Below, one piece after another: positions 46,481 through 61,311 of a DNA stretch of 64,000 nt (the first letter of the stretch is position 1; each line of letters starts with the position of its first letter). Source of the stretch: the human T2T-CHM13v2.0 reference genome, Homo sapiens; the NCBI RefSeq assembly GCF_009914755.1, contig NC_060938.1. One strand, given 5' to 3'. The notes beneath the pieces were generated by a model, which had not been told where the DNA came from, did not search any database, and worked only from the letters and a program-made list of their open reading frames with translations. The position numbers and the translations under genes are program-made.

Positions 46481-46610
46481 CTAGGCAGGCAATAAAATAT
46501 AAATACTGATACTTTTATAAGTTACTCTCCTTTCACTCAGCAATGAGTCTTTATTACTCAAATGCCTGGGATGTCCCTAATGAAAGATAGAGGCTTTTTC
46601 CAAAATTCTA

Positions 46611-47100
<490 letters not shown>

Positions 47101-47461
47101 CTATTAAACACTTATCAGTTGAAGACAAAATTTAAAAAAATTAAAGTCAAAAATTTAAGACAAAATTAAAGCCTCTCATTTCAAACCACAACTCTCATTA
47201 ATACTAAGAGTAATAAACAAAATAGTCTTAGAAATTCTACTCTGCTAGCCCAAAGAACAGAAAAGTCTTCAACAAACTATCTTCAATTGTTTAGTTCAAC
47301 ATAATTTATCTTCCAGTTCTAGAATCCACTCCTCTCAAAATTCCTATAAAAGACCACAGTGTATAAAATGGTTGGCCTCCATGACAATACTTTCAAAATA
47401 TTAGGGGTTAAATACCAGGTATCATTAGCTTTCCTTATGTTAAATCTGTGATGGTAAGTTT

Positions 47462-47759
47462 TATTTTTAAAATTTATTTTATTTGTATTTTTGAGACAGG
47501 GCCTTGCTCTGTCACTCAGGCCAGAGTACAGTGGCACCATCATGGCTCACTGCAACCTTATTCCTGGGCTCAAGCAACCCTCTCACTTAACTGGTACTAG
47601 AGGCACACGACACCATGCCTGGCTAATTTTTAAATTTTTTGTAGAGACAGAATCCCGTATTGTTGCCTAGGCTGGTCTCAAACTCCTGGTGTCAAGAGAT
47701 TCTCCTGCCTCAGTCTCTCAAAGTGCTGGGTTTACAGGCATGACCCATCACACCTAGCC
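47462..47759 (-). mobile_element. AluJ with TSD
   Basis: TSD TGATGGTAAGTTT on both sides. Confidence 0.9.
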
Positions 47760-49530
47760 TTGATGGTAAGTTTCAATTCACAGATCTAGTTCAAACTTCT
47801 CTCTTGAGAATGATCCTCTATCTCCTAAGTTTAACATCTCTAAACCAAAAGACTTTTTTCCAATACAAGAGCTACACATTTCTTTAAGGATGCTATAATT
47901 TTCCAAGTTTAACTCCAGCTCTCCAGCCTGTGCACTAAACTAACCCTCACCCTGATTATCTTAAGTCAATTGAGAGTTAACCCTTCTTCTCCACAGAGTC
48001 ACAAAAATCACTTCAAAATGTGAGTAATCCCTTCAGATGGACCATGAATAGAGACCACAATGCTGGACCAAGTTGTATGTTGGGCTTTCACTGGTGACCA
48101 CATAAATCACAAAGCTTCTGACCCCTTCCAGTAACGAGGACCTCTCCTTCACTAACATATACCTGCAGCTTCTCACATCTAACCAATTTCATTTTGGCCT
48201 CGTGCTTCTGCTAATACTCTACCAAAACTAATCCTAATTTTTTCCTCTTATGACTAAGGAAATAAAGGCTGGACAGATGCCACTGCACATGCCCATTCTC
48301 CCCTCCCTGGCACCTTAAGCCCTTTTACTGGCTAACATTGTGGGCCTCTATTAAATGGAGAGAAAATAAAGATGTCAAATGTAAACTACGGAAACAAACT
48401 GTGTGAGTTTAAATACTGCACAAGTCACTTAACTTCTTTAAGCCCTTCAACCTCATGTGTAAAATGGGGATAATAATAGTACTATATCTACCTTACAGAG
48501 TTATTAGAAAAGCAAATGAGTTAGAACAATGTCTCACACAGAATAGACAATATACCACTAGTCTGTAGCTCCAAGAGGACAGGACATTTTATTCTGTTCA
48601 CCAAGCTTCAAGAACTGTGCCAAGAATATGGCAGATAGTCTAGACATTTTGCTGAATGAATGAGTCCACAGCTGATACAAGATCTTCCTCCCACTCCTCC
48701 ACATCCCTCATTCATACTATAAGGTTCTTCCAGAATCACTCACTACCTAAGTCTTTCAGACACAGTATAGGAAACTCAAATTTGTAACTCTACCAAAATT
48801 TTAGAAACCATGGGTCCTGAAGATCTCTCTGAAATAAATAGTAGAAATTGAAAACTTTAAATCCTTTAAAGTCAAGAATCTATCATATAGTGCAAAATGT
48901 GACTTGATTAGTTTTTCTAAACCAATTTTGCAAGCCCTGTTGTTCAAATATTTTTAGTGGTTCCTACACATACAGCATAGATAAAAATTCAATATTCTTA
49001 ACCTGGTTCTAAAAGTCCTCCTCAATAGATTCTATTTTCCTTCCCCAAACTTTGTCTTTGGCTTTGTCTATAAGAAACTTCTGTTCCTGAGAAAGTTTCC
49101 ACCACTGCACCTCTGCTCAAAATATCCCCATACCTGTAACTTCCTACTACCACTTCCTTCACTTAAAAACCAACCAACCCCAAACACCTTTCCATTCCTA
49201 AGGCAAAGCTTCATCTTGCACATACCCCCCCCACCCCCTCTTATTTCCTCTAGACAACAAGCCCACAGAAATCAGGAACCATATCTTATACATGATAGTA
49301 TCCAGTGCAGTATAGTACAAAATGCTGAATACATTTTTATTAAAATGGTTTACTCATTTAAATAATTATTGAACCTATTCATAGCATAAAGTTCTATCAT
49401 GTTTCAGATATAAAAGCTCAATAAATTTAATACTCATTTTATAAAGTAATACTCTATTAAAAACAACTTAGCTAACCGGAAACAGCAGTTACGGGGACAA
49501 TCTATTTTACCACAATTAAATGAGTTTTTA

Positions 49531-49858
<328 letters not shown>

Positions 49859-49951
49859 CCACACCAAAAAAACATACATCTGAAGACAACTCATAGTTTC
49901 ATGTAACTCAACGGGGGGTGTGGGGCGGGGGGGGGCGGTGTGTGTGTGTGT

Positions 49952-50243
49952 TCAGGCACAGTGGCTTACGCCTGTAATCCCAGAACTTTGGGAGACTGAG
50001 GCGGGTAGATCACTTGAGCCCAGGAGTTCAAGACCAGCCTGGCCAACTTGGTGAAAATACAAAAATTAGCTGGACATGGTGGCACACACCTGTAGTCCCA
50101 CCCTGTAGTCCCACCCAGCTATGTGGGAGGCTGAGGCACCAGAATCAATTGAACCCAAGAGGCGGAGGTTACAGTGAGCTGAGATGGTGCCACTGCACTA
50201 TAGCTCTGGGCAACAGAGCAAGACTGGCTCAAAAAAAAAAAAA
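49952..50243 (+). mobile_element. Alu with internal deletion and duplication
   Basis: Dimer with a duplicated CCTGTAGTCCCAC; preceded by a G/GT-rich tract. Confidence 0.88.
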
Positions 50244-50640
50244 AGGATTTTTTTTTCTATTATTTGGAGCCTACTGCTTCAATTATCTTCATACTACAGG
50301 TAAGGTACTAGTTAACAGAAATAATAAATAGGTGAAATTTGGAAACAATTTGAAAGACTATATGCTGCTTATTTGATATTGAGTAAGCTTTTACTGACCA
50401 CTTTCTTGATTTCTGCTAATAAAATAGCTTTTCAGATGCTCACCTTTTGCTTTTAATATAACTACTAAAATTCCTGAACTTTCCCATATAACTGTAAATC
50501 TTCAATAATTAATAAACAGGAATCTTTTTAGAAACACAAAGGAAATTAACCTCTTTGCTCTTGCAGCAGAGAAAAACATTATCGGTTTCATAAAAATAGT
50601 TCAAAGGATTGATTTGATGAAGTGTTAAATTGGGAACACT

Positions 50641-50774
50641 GGCCAGGAGCAGTGGCTCATGCCTGTAATCCCAGCATTTTGGGAGGCTGACATGGGAGGA
50701 CTACTTGAGCCCAGGAGTTTAAGACCAGCCTGGGCAACACAGTGAGACCCTGTCTCTATAAAAAAAAAAAAAAA
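50641..50774 (+). mobile_element. FLAM_C / Alu left monomer
   Basis: Single monomer with poly(A). Confidence 0.85.
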
Positions 50775-51255
50775 TTTAAATATTTTTTTTAAAAAGAACA
50801 TCCACTTGAATCTTATGTCCTGTGCACAATGTAGACCTGTAAATATTCACTTTGTCTGCAATTTGTTAAAAAGAATCTGTCCATGAAAGTAATGTTTGAA
50901 CAAAAGGGTCTCATTGTTAAGACTACAGACTAAAACATATTGCCATTTTCTATATAATCTTCAAAGAGAAACCTATAATTCTGGGTCACTGTCTTACTTG
51001 ATAATTTGTTACCCTGTAACAATGTTGCAATTAACATTTACATTTCTTATTTAGAAGTCCTTCAGTACCCTGACTGTTTTAGCCTCTCCTCAAAGTAGCC
51101 TTCCTAGCTGTCAGACCTTTCCTGAAAGAGAGCAAGCTATCTATTATCTATTATTCTAGGTAATGACTAGATAAAAAAGAGGCCCAAAACAAACAAACAA
51201 ACAAACAAAAAACAACCACACATCTATGGCTAAGTTAAAATCTGATTCGACTTCA

Positions 51256-51730
<475 letters not shown>

Positions 51731-52008
51731 TCATAACAGAATATGAGGGAAAAATTTCAAATGGAAGGATCTACATTTAACTAACATGACTTGAAGAAAT
51801 CGTAATAGCTAGGCAAGGTATTATGTCTAGTTAAGGATAAAATAACAAATCATAAGCGTGCAACATTAAGAAAAGCAAAAATCTGAGTTAAAATGGTTTC
51901 ATTTGGCAATTTCGTATCTGAAAAGTCAATATATCTTACATAAAACAGCATTTTTGATCATCTCAAATTTACAGTATTACTAATATGAAAAGAAGACAAT
52001 TTGCTTAC

Positions 52009-52116
52009 CCGTTTTATTGTCAAAAAATTTGATGTGTCTATCTTCATGAGCAGTTATTGTAACAGGAAGTGTGGGATGACTTACTACTCTGTTGATATGA
52101 TTATTAGATTGTAAAC
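52009..52116 (-). CDS. STRN3: Striatin-3 exon (WD40)
   Basis: GLQSNNHINRVVSHPTLPVTITAHEDRHIKFFDNKT; ttcAG / GTAAGC; 108 nt. Confidence 0.95.
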
Positions 52117-52878
52117 CTGAAAAATAAAGGAAGACAATAAGTTAAAATTCAAACCTTTAATAAGAAGTTGGATAATGGCCTTTTTAATCGTGCTAAAATA
52201 TAAAAATCATTAAAAACTAAACCTTTTGCATAAAACAAAAAATCTGAGAACCAAACAAGGACTCTAGAGAGATTTTTAAAAAATAAACATTTACATTATT
52301 ATGTCCTATAATATAGACTGTACTAGGCTCAAATTTAGAAAAACTGAGAAGTGTTTTAATGCCACCCTTTATTATAGGTAGTTTAGAATTTTTAAAAGAT
52401 CCACAATTATTACTTCTAATACACAGTCCATATAAGAGTTATAAGCATTTAAAGAAGGAAAACATTCACAATTGCTAGTCAGATGTTTGTAAGGAACAAC
52501 CCCCATCTACCTACACTGACAAAAACAAAAAAACAAAGAACTGGAATTAATGATCTTTAAAGATGAGATTTTTTTCTTTACCAGTAAGCTCTTACTAACT
52601 TTTTATTAAAGATGAGAGAGAACAGAGAAATATCAAAACAAATAAATGGGGGGAAACTCCTCAATATTAATAGACTTTAGATCATTCATTCTGCTTATGT
52701 ATCGCAACTCATATATTACACCTAAACATATAAAAAATACATATATATATATAGTTACCTATGTAGAGTAATTAAAAAAATAGGTTTGAGGAGATACTGG
52801 GAAAGAGACTTAGAAGATAATTTTGGTTTAAGATCTGACCATGGCACCATGTAAATATTTTACATAATTATAAAACAA

Positions 52879-53171
52879 TTTTTTTTGTTTAAGAGACAAG
52901 GACTCACTCTGTCACCTAGGCTGGAGTGCAATGGTGCAATCATAGCTCACTGTAACCTTGAACTCCTGAGCTCAAGGGCTTCTCCTGCTTCAGTCTCCAA
53001 AGCTAGGACTACAGGCACACATCACCATGCCCACCTAATTTTTTAAGTTTTTGGTAGAGATGGGGTCTCACTATGTTGCCCAGACTGGTCTCTACTCCTA
53101 GCCTCAAGCTATCTTCCCACATTGGCCTCCCAAAGTGGTGAGATTACAGGCATGAGCCAATGCGCCCAGCC
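52879..53171 (-). mobile_element. AluJ
   Basis: Antisense diverged dimer. Confidence 0.9.
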
Positions 53172-53179
53172 AACAGTTG

Positions 53180-54560
53180 TTTTTCTAAAAGAAATTAATG
53201 AAAATCAAAAGTAAAATTAAACAAATGAACTTAAGTATATCCAACTGGTGGTGTAACTACAAAGGAAGGAACTATTCCAAGTGACTTTAAAGCATAGAAA
53301 TTAGATTGTATATCACTAGTGGAATATACCCTAATTACAAAGTTTTATTATCAATATTTGATCTTTTGGTGGTAATGGTATTATTACTGAGACGATTCTG
53401 TGTACACTGTGGGGTAAATAAAATGAGAAACAATTTTGTTGAGAACCAAGATAAATCTGAAGTTGAAGTATTTTACTTTTTAAAAAATGTTTATTTCTTA
53501 GCTCTGTCCATTGAAAAAGCCTAACACAATGAACAACCCAGGAGCCATGAAGACCATGAGGATCAACTCAACAGCCTAGTACCCCAACTGTAGTCTCTAA
53601 ATACCATTTCCCACTAAAAGAAACCACAACTCCTTAGATAAATAGCTGATTTCAGATCTAGGGCACAAAATGAACAACATGAACCTAGAAGATCTTGTCA
53701 TATGTCATATCAGGAAGCTATCAACAACAACCAAAGTCATGGCAAAAGGACTCAGGAGCCAACATGAGCCCCACTGAGTAAGCCCCACTGGCCAAAATCA
53801 AAGGATCTGAACAGCAATAAATAAAGATAATACCTGCAATGGATCAAAACACATCAAATACATTTATATCCATGAGAGAGTATGATGATACCAAAAACAC
53901 CACCCAAGACAAACTGGTCACCTTTAGAGGGTGCTAGCAAACCAACTCATTATTTTAAAAACTGGTAAATAAAGGGGAAAACCAAAACCCAATCATTTAT
54001 CTTGCCTTTTTCCTTAATACACACTAACTCCAAGGTAACCAAATTGTTGATAAAGAGATGTTCTTTTTTATAGGAATAATCTAGCTAATAAATGGAGAGG
54101 GAATGATAAAATTAGAAAATCTTTCAATAGAAAATGAATGAACCCAGGAAATAATCCAGACTGAAAACATCACAAAAACATGAACAACCAGAAAATACTC
54201 ACCTCTGATAAAAGCTTACAAATTACTTATGAAGTAAAGTTGCCAAGAACATTTAAAAATTTTTAAAAGAAAAAAACAGTGAACCTGAATTTGAATAAGT
54301 CTTTAGATCTATAATCAATTCACAGGAGAACTGTGAATAGAAATAGAGAAGCACATTAAATAACACAGGAATGCAACTAGCAAAATCCAGACTGTCGGAA
54401 ACTTGACAAGACAAAGTAGCCAATTTCGTCAATTAAAAAAAAAAAAAAAAGAACATAAAAGAGATGAAGGGGAATCTATGGATGAAGAGAGACCTGAGAG
54501 ACCTATCAAACAACTGCAATACATAAATCTTATGTGATCCCTATCTAAATAAACTGTAAA
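53180..54560 (+). mobile_element. Old L1MC-type 3' region
   Basis: GTAGTCTCTAAATACCATTTCCCACTAAAAG...CAACTAGCAAAATCCAGACTGT...AAGAGAGACCTGAGAGAC patterns. Confidence 0.6.
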
Positions 54561-54890
54561 ACACCACATAATGCATGTGTAATACTGGGCATTTATAGAT
54601 AGGTATTAAAACTGAATGCTGAGTACATTAAGTTCATTATGTTATTTTCTCTACTTTCACCTTCATATTGCTCTAGACATTCCTCTTTTCCCATATGTCC
54701 ACCCAAGCTTTTAAGCAAAATTTGAAGAAAAAGCAGACATAATATAAATAAGTATAACTGTAACATTATGAAACTAATTATTTTGCCATCCTAAATTCAA
54801 ATAGTGAAAATATGAAAATTAGCTAAAAGATCACCCTCTATTGTGTAATAACCCTTTTTAAGGTTTCAAAGAAACTCCATGAAAACTTAC

Positions 54891-55031
54891 CAGAATCTAC
54901 CTGTGATGAAAGTATCACCAATGACTGTGATGTTTCTAAATCATAAATTACTGCACTACCAGTGTTGAAAGAGGTTACCATATGAGCTGGATCACAGCCT
55001 ATAAAGTCAACTGATGTAGGTATTCCATGCT
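54891..55031 (-). CDS. STRN3: Striatin-3 exon (WD40)
   Basis: KHGIPTSVDFIGCDPAHMVTSFNTGSAVIYDLETSQSLVILSSQVDS; ttcAG / GTAAGT; 141 nt. Confidence 0.95.
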
Positions 55032-56349
55032 CTGAAATGAGCCCAAAGACAGACAATGTAAACAAAGTAAAATTACTATGAAATCTCTACTTTTTGAAAT
55101 CTCTGTTTTTCTAATCAGAAAAAGGAATTCAAATAGTCTTGAAATACTGTTAATAATGAAAAGGAACACAACTGTGTCAGGATGGTGAGATAAGAAATAT
55201 CTTTTCCTCAATTATTTAAAAACTTTATAGCATTCTATTTAATATTGTAAGAAAAATATAACTACAGAGCTCATAAAGAGTAAATACATGCAAAAGTTAT
55301 TTGTTCTATTACACGTTTTCTTCTAAGGGATTAAATAAAATCCTAGTCTTTTGGCCAATTTGCCAATTATACTTCTTACTGTAAAATGATAAATTAGCAT
55401 TCTCACATAACTTTGGGAGACTGGTTCACCTATCAGAGATCTGTAGGCCTTATCAAGCAGCTAATACAAGTCAGATTTTTGGACTCATGAAAATGGCTTG
55501 GACTCTGGAATCAGCTGATGCAGTACTTTACCCTAAAATGGCCTGAGCAGCAATTTCTCTCTTTAACATACTAAATTAAACTAGCCAGTTCAATGCACAA
55601 TTAGATGGAATATGGAGCCAAGCTATTAACTATCTAGATGAAGCCAGAAACAAATACCTAAATGAATTCTTACCTCTAAAGCTTGGATAACTGAAAATTA
55701 GTACAATCACTACGGTGTCTAAGAGACACAAAATTATATATTTACTATTCACCTAAAATGTTTTAAAACAATATGTATTTTTATGTACAAATAAAAGGTC
55801 TAATTAAAAAAATTTAAAATGACTTGGAAAATAAGACCAGTAAATGTCTTCAAAAGGTAAACTGGTTAAAGCCTTTTTAAATAGGAAAATATTTAAAATC
55901 ATGAAAATAACCCAATTTGTACTGTTCCAGTTAGGGGTTCAGTGACTATGGCTGGACTACTCAACTAGTGTGCTCGAGGTAATGGAACACAGGGTTTATA
56001 GGTATGCTTGAGACTGTGATCCCTTCGGTCTTTGTGGGGTAGTCGTCTGGAACAGGTGGTGTGCCTCCTGTTGTCCCTATGAGTATCCTCATTTGTCTAT
56101 TCCACTGTTATATACAATAGTTTTACATTTTTAAAAAATGGAATACAAAAAAGGTAAAAAAGCATTGCACTACAGGACATAGTTGCAAAGCACTTCAAAA
56201 AAATGAGTAAAAAGTTTATCCTAACTTTTACAAAATTCATTCAATATATCTCTTTGGAACAGTAAAGAAATACATCAATTACTTTGTCCTTTATATATTC
56301 CAATTTTTTAAAAAAACTAACTTTTCTCACAGATGCAAAATTTACTTAC

Positions 56350-56517
56350 TTTTATCTCCATTGTAAGTGCAAATACATGGCAATTTTTCTTGTGGATTCC
56401 ATAACCTAACAGTGCCATCTGCTGAACAAGACAGTAATTGATTTTTTATGCCACTATAAGCAAGACCCCAAACTGCATCTGTATGACCAACTAAAGTGCC
56501 AGCTAGAACATTTGGCT
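56350..56517 (-). CDS. STRN3: Striatin-3 exon (WD40)
   Basis: EPNVLAGTLVGHTDAVWGLAYSGIKNQLLSCSADGTVRLWNPQEKLPCICTYNGDK, a GH...WN repeat; 168 nt. Confidence 0.96.
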
Positions 56518-56769
56518 CTGGGGAAAAAACAAACAAACAAAAAATTAGGTAAAAGAAGTTTAAAAGAAACTTTGATACATAAAGAAAACTTACCATATAA
56601 CTGAGCATAAAGAACACACATAAAGGCCACAAGAAGATAAACTAAAGTGTACATAGTGGCTATATCTAAGAGTAGAGTTATGGCCTACTTTTATACCCTC
56701 CTCCCATCAACATTTTTCTGTATTTTCACAATTTTCTATAAAGAAACATATGCTTTTTTTTTTTTTTAA

Positions 56770-57290
56770 AACAGCTTTCTTGAGATACAGATATAATTTA
56801 CATACCATACAACTCTCTCATTTAAAGTGTATACTTCAATGATTTTTGGTATGTTGTTCACAGAGTTATACAACCATCATGACAATCAATTTTAGGATAC
56901 TTTCATCACTCATTAGTCACTTCCCCCAATTCCTCCTCCCCACCTTTCCACAAGTCTAGGCAACAACTAATGCTCTGTCTCTATAGATGTGTCTTTCTGA
57001 ACATTTTCTATAAATGGAATCATACAATATGTGGTCTTTTGTGACTGGGTTCTTTCACTGAGTACGTTTTCTTTTTTTCTTTTTGAAATAGGGTCTTGCT
57101 CTATCACCCAGGCTGGAGTACAGTGGCATGGTCACAGTCCACTGCAGCCTTGAACTCCTGGTCACTGAACATGTTTTCAAGGTTTATCCATGTTGGAGCA
57201 TGTATCAGTACTCCATTTATTTTTAGTGCCAAATAATATTCTGCTGTATGGATATACCATATTTTATTTATCTGTTCCTTAACTGACAGA
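56770..57290 (-). mobile_element. L1MB-type 3' end containing an Alu fragment (about 57071-57160)
   Basis: CAGCTTTCTTGAGATA...ATAAATGGAATCATACAATATGTGGTCTTTTGTGACTGG...TTTTCAAGGTTTATCCATGTTG. Confidence 0.78.
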
Positions 57291-58556
57291 CATTTGACAG
57301 CTGATAACATTGAGCATAATTTGTCTGACAATCCTGTTTTTCTAGTAAACTCCTCCCACTTTCCATGAATGGTTCTTATCATCTCCACAATTCTCACAGC
57401 TCCCAACCTCTCTTCCTCATGAATGACTATGCCTCATATTTCACTGAGAAAATATAGCATTCAAATAATGCTGCATGTTTCTTATCCCCCATCTTCTTGC
57501 TGCGTAATATATAAATGATTAGTGTCTAAAGGTATCTTCTCCTAGCTTCCAGATACAAGCAAGGAATCTGTCCTCCATCCTATCAAAGGCTAATACCAGA
57601 TGTCACTAACTTGCTGTAATGTTTACTGCTTCTCTACTACACAAATTCTCCTCCTTGGAATCATTACCATAGTGAAAAAAAACTTGTTCCAGAATCTCTT
57701 CAACAAAAAATCTTCATTAATCCTATCCTACCACCCCTTCCACCCAGCAATAGAAATATGCTTTTCACTTCCTGTTTACTCTTCAAATCACTCCAATTTG
57801 GTTTCTGATACCACTACCACACCAAAACAATCCTTGCTAATGATGATCCCTACACTATCAAATTTAATACTTTTCTTTGATGATACAAAACATTTTGTTG
57901 TTGTTCCCATTATATTGCTTTTCATCCATATAGTCTGACATGAAAGATTATCCAGAGGTCCCTTCATTCTTCAGTCTTAGCTGCAGCGTCCAAACTCTGT
58001 CTGGCCAAGACCTGGGTGACCTGCTAGTCACTTATAAAAAGGAAACTTTATATCATATTATTGGACCTCTCAGCAACATTCGAAAGTGCAGACTGCTTCT
58101 TTCTTCTCAAAATTGTTTCTTCTTTAGTGTGCGCTTCCATGATTTCGCACCCTCTCCTGCACTTCCTTCTGTCTCTTGGGTCACACCTCCTCAGTTTCCT
58201 TTCTTGGCTCTCTTGCTCTAGCCACTCTTCCAGTGTCAGAGTTACTGAGGACTTTAGTCCCAGGTTGTCTTCTCTTCTTACACCAAACAATACACTCCCC
58301 CAGTATTGCCCATTCTTATAGTTTAATGTATTATTTGTATAGAGAAGACTGTCCATGTTTTTAACTTCAATCGAGATCTCTTTGGGCTCCTTATTTGTAT
58401 ATTACCTACTTGATATTTGTCATCCTTTAACATGCCTAAAATCTGAACTCACCATCTTAAATCTCCTCACACCTGTTCTGTCCTCGTTTCAATAAATGCT
58501 CCCATCACATGCTCAGTTACTCACATCAAACAGGACTGAATGTTCTGAATGTTTGA

Positions 58557-58638
58557 AATGTTCTGAAATTAGTGATGATGGCTGTAAAACTTTGTGAATG
58601 TTCTGAAATTAGTGATGATGGCTGTACAACTTTGTGAA
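58557..58638. repeat. 40-bp tandem duplication at the start of an L1 3' fragment
   Basis: AATGTTCTGAAATTAGTGATGATGGCTGTA(A/C)AACTTTGTG x2, one mismatch. Confidence 0.92.
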
Positions 58639-58670
58639 CATAGTAAAAACTACTGAACTGTAGACTTTAA

Positions 58671-59286
<616 letters not shown>

Positions 59287-59339
59287 TGAATTTTGTGATA
59301 TGTAAATTATCTCAGTAAAGCAGTTAAACACATACAAAT

Positions 59340-59910
59340 TAAGAGTCACTCACCCATCACTTTATCTACTCAACATAATTTATCAATAAATCCTGTCTAT
59401 TCTACCACACTCCCTCAGCGTATCTTAAAACCACTTCTAAATGCTGTGCTACCACCACTCTAATCTTGGCAATGTCGTTTGTCACCTAGTTTACTGGACT
59501 ACTTTATGACAGCAGCCTCCTAACTGGTATTTCTCTTTCCACTCTTCTCGCCCCCAATTTATTCTTCTCACAACAGACACAGTCACCTTTTTAAAACCTT
59601 ACATTTATCAGATAACTTTCTGGCTTAAAACTCTTTACTGAAAGTTTCCTCTTATCCTTCAGATTTTGGCTTGAATGTCACTATTTTAGAAAGACCTTTC
59701 TTGACTAACTCTTCTAGAGAAGGTTCTGCCTGTTACGCCCTCTCAACAGTACTCTATCTTCTTATCATTTATCACAATTTGTAACCATAGATCCCATCCC
59801 TTCGCTTATCTGTTTTATGTCTCTACTTTCCATTAGTCTAAATCTTATTTCTTGACATAGTGCTTACCACAATGCCTAGCTAATGTAGGCACAAAGTGTG
59901 TGTTAAATAA
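59340..59910 (+). mobile_element. L2 fragments
   Basis: CAATAAATCCTGTCTATTCTAC...CAGCCTCCTAACTGGT...CTTGAATGTCACT...ACAATGCCTAGC...GTAGGCAC. Confidence 0.55.
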
Positions 59911-60526
59911 AAAGAACAAAGAGTTCATAAACATTTTGTTTTAACGTTTTATAATTATTAACAGTGCCCTTACAAATATATTTGAACACAGGTACAGGTA
60001 GGTGTTTCTGTAGAACAGATTTCTAAAAGCTACATTTGCAAGTCAAAGGAGGTTTCCTTTCTTTTTTTTTTTCTTCCATTTTGAAATTAAGAATGTTTTT
60101 GTAGATATGAGCTAAGAATAACAAAAAAAATTTTTGGCTCCAAAAAGTTTTAATGATTTATACCCCTGATGTTGGTTCCATTGTCTTTTGCTTAATATTT
60201 TTAAAATATATAAACTATTTCTTAAGTTCAAAATTTTGTTACTTAGATTACATTTTGTTTCCTCCTTCTTTTTGTAACTACTACCTAAATTAACATTTTA
60301 ATTAATATAGTTTTTTAAACAACAGAGAAAGTATCAATTCATAGGCTTAAATACCCATGGCATGACATTTCCTAATTTTTCTCTTTAATAAAGCAATTTA
60401 TTAGCAAATGGAAGAACTAAATGAGGTGACTAATATAGGTTTAAATAACCTTGTAATCATATTTGAGGTATTTACTTTTGTCAGCTCCATTCACTTAAAA
60501 AAATACATTTTGATCATTTTACTTAC

Positions 60527-60648
60527 CATATGTATCATATGGATCTACACTGGGACTCGGCATATTCCACCACTGGATGGTTGCATCAATACCACCACTA
60601 AAACACTGTTCTCCATTAGAACTAATAGCTAATGACAGAACAGGGCCG
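60527..60648 (-). CDS. STRN3: Striatin-3 exon (WD40)
   Basis: GPVLSLAISSNGEQCFSGGIDATIQWWNMPSPSVDPYDTY; aatAG / GTAAGT; 122 nt. Confidence 0.95.
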
Positions 60649-60781
60649 CTATTGTAGGAAGAGAGGAAAAACAAATTACTGATAAATTCTAAGAAGAAAC
60701 TCAAATCTCCATTCCCCCAACCTCTGAATTTATGTAATATCTAAAAACTGTTTTAAGAGAACATGTACACCTGACTGGTAC

Positions 60782-61089
60782 TTTTTTTTTTTTTTTTTTT
60801 TTTGGAGACAGGGTCTCACTCTGTCACCAGCCCAGACTGGAATGCAGTGGTGATCTCTGCTCAGTAAAACCTCCACCTCCCAGGTTCGAGCGATTCTCCT
60901 GCCTCAGCCTACTGAGTTGCTGAGACTACAAGCGCACGCCAACATGCCCAGCTAATTTTTGTATTTTGTGGTAGAGACGGAGTTTCACCATGTTGGCCAG
61001 GCTGGTCTCGAACTCCTGACCTCAAGTGATCTGCCCGCCTCAGCCTCCGAAAATCCTCAGATTACAGGCATGAACTACTGCATCTGGCC
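60782..61089 (-). mobile_element. AluS
   Basis: TSD TGA(C/A)TGGTACT. Confidence 0.92.
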
Positions 61090-61263
61090 TGAATGGTACT
61101 ATTATATTCATAGTCTCACCAATACAATTATTAAATAGCTATTATTCAAGTAATACATCTTTTCTAATACAAAACATTGAGAAAATTACAAGGTTTGAGG
61201 ACCGATAAATAATATTTAACAATAATGATGATGTTAATTAAATACCAATTCAGTAAAACTTAC

Positions 61264-61311
61264 ATGTGGGCCCTAAATGTGTAGATAGGCTCTACATCTA
61301 AAGAGGCACTC
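61264..61311 (-). CDS. STRN3: Striatin-3 48-nt exon
   Basis: SASLDVEPIYTFRAH; ttttAG / GTAAGT; its phases fit both neighbours. Confidence 0.93.

Noticed and set aside
55925-56110. NUMT or H/ACA snoRNA call for the GC-balanced island
   Set aside because: Only a 9-nt resemblance to mitochondrial COX1, and no clear two-hairpin / H-box architecture by eye.
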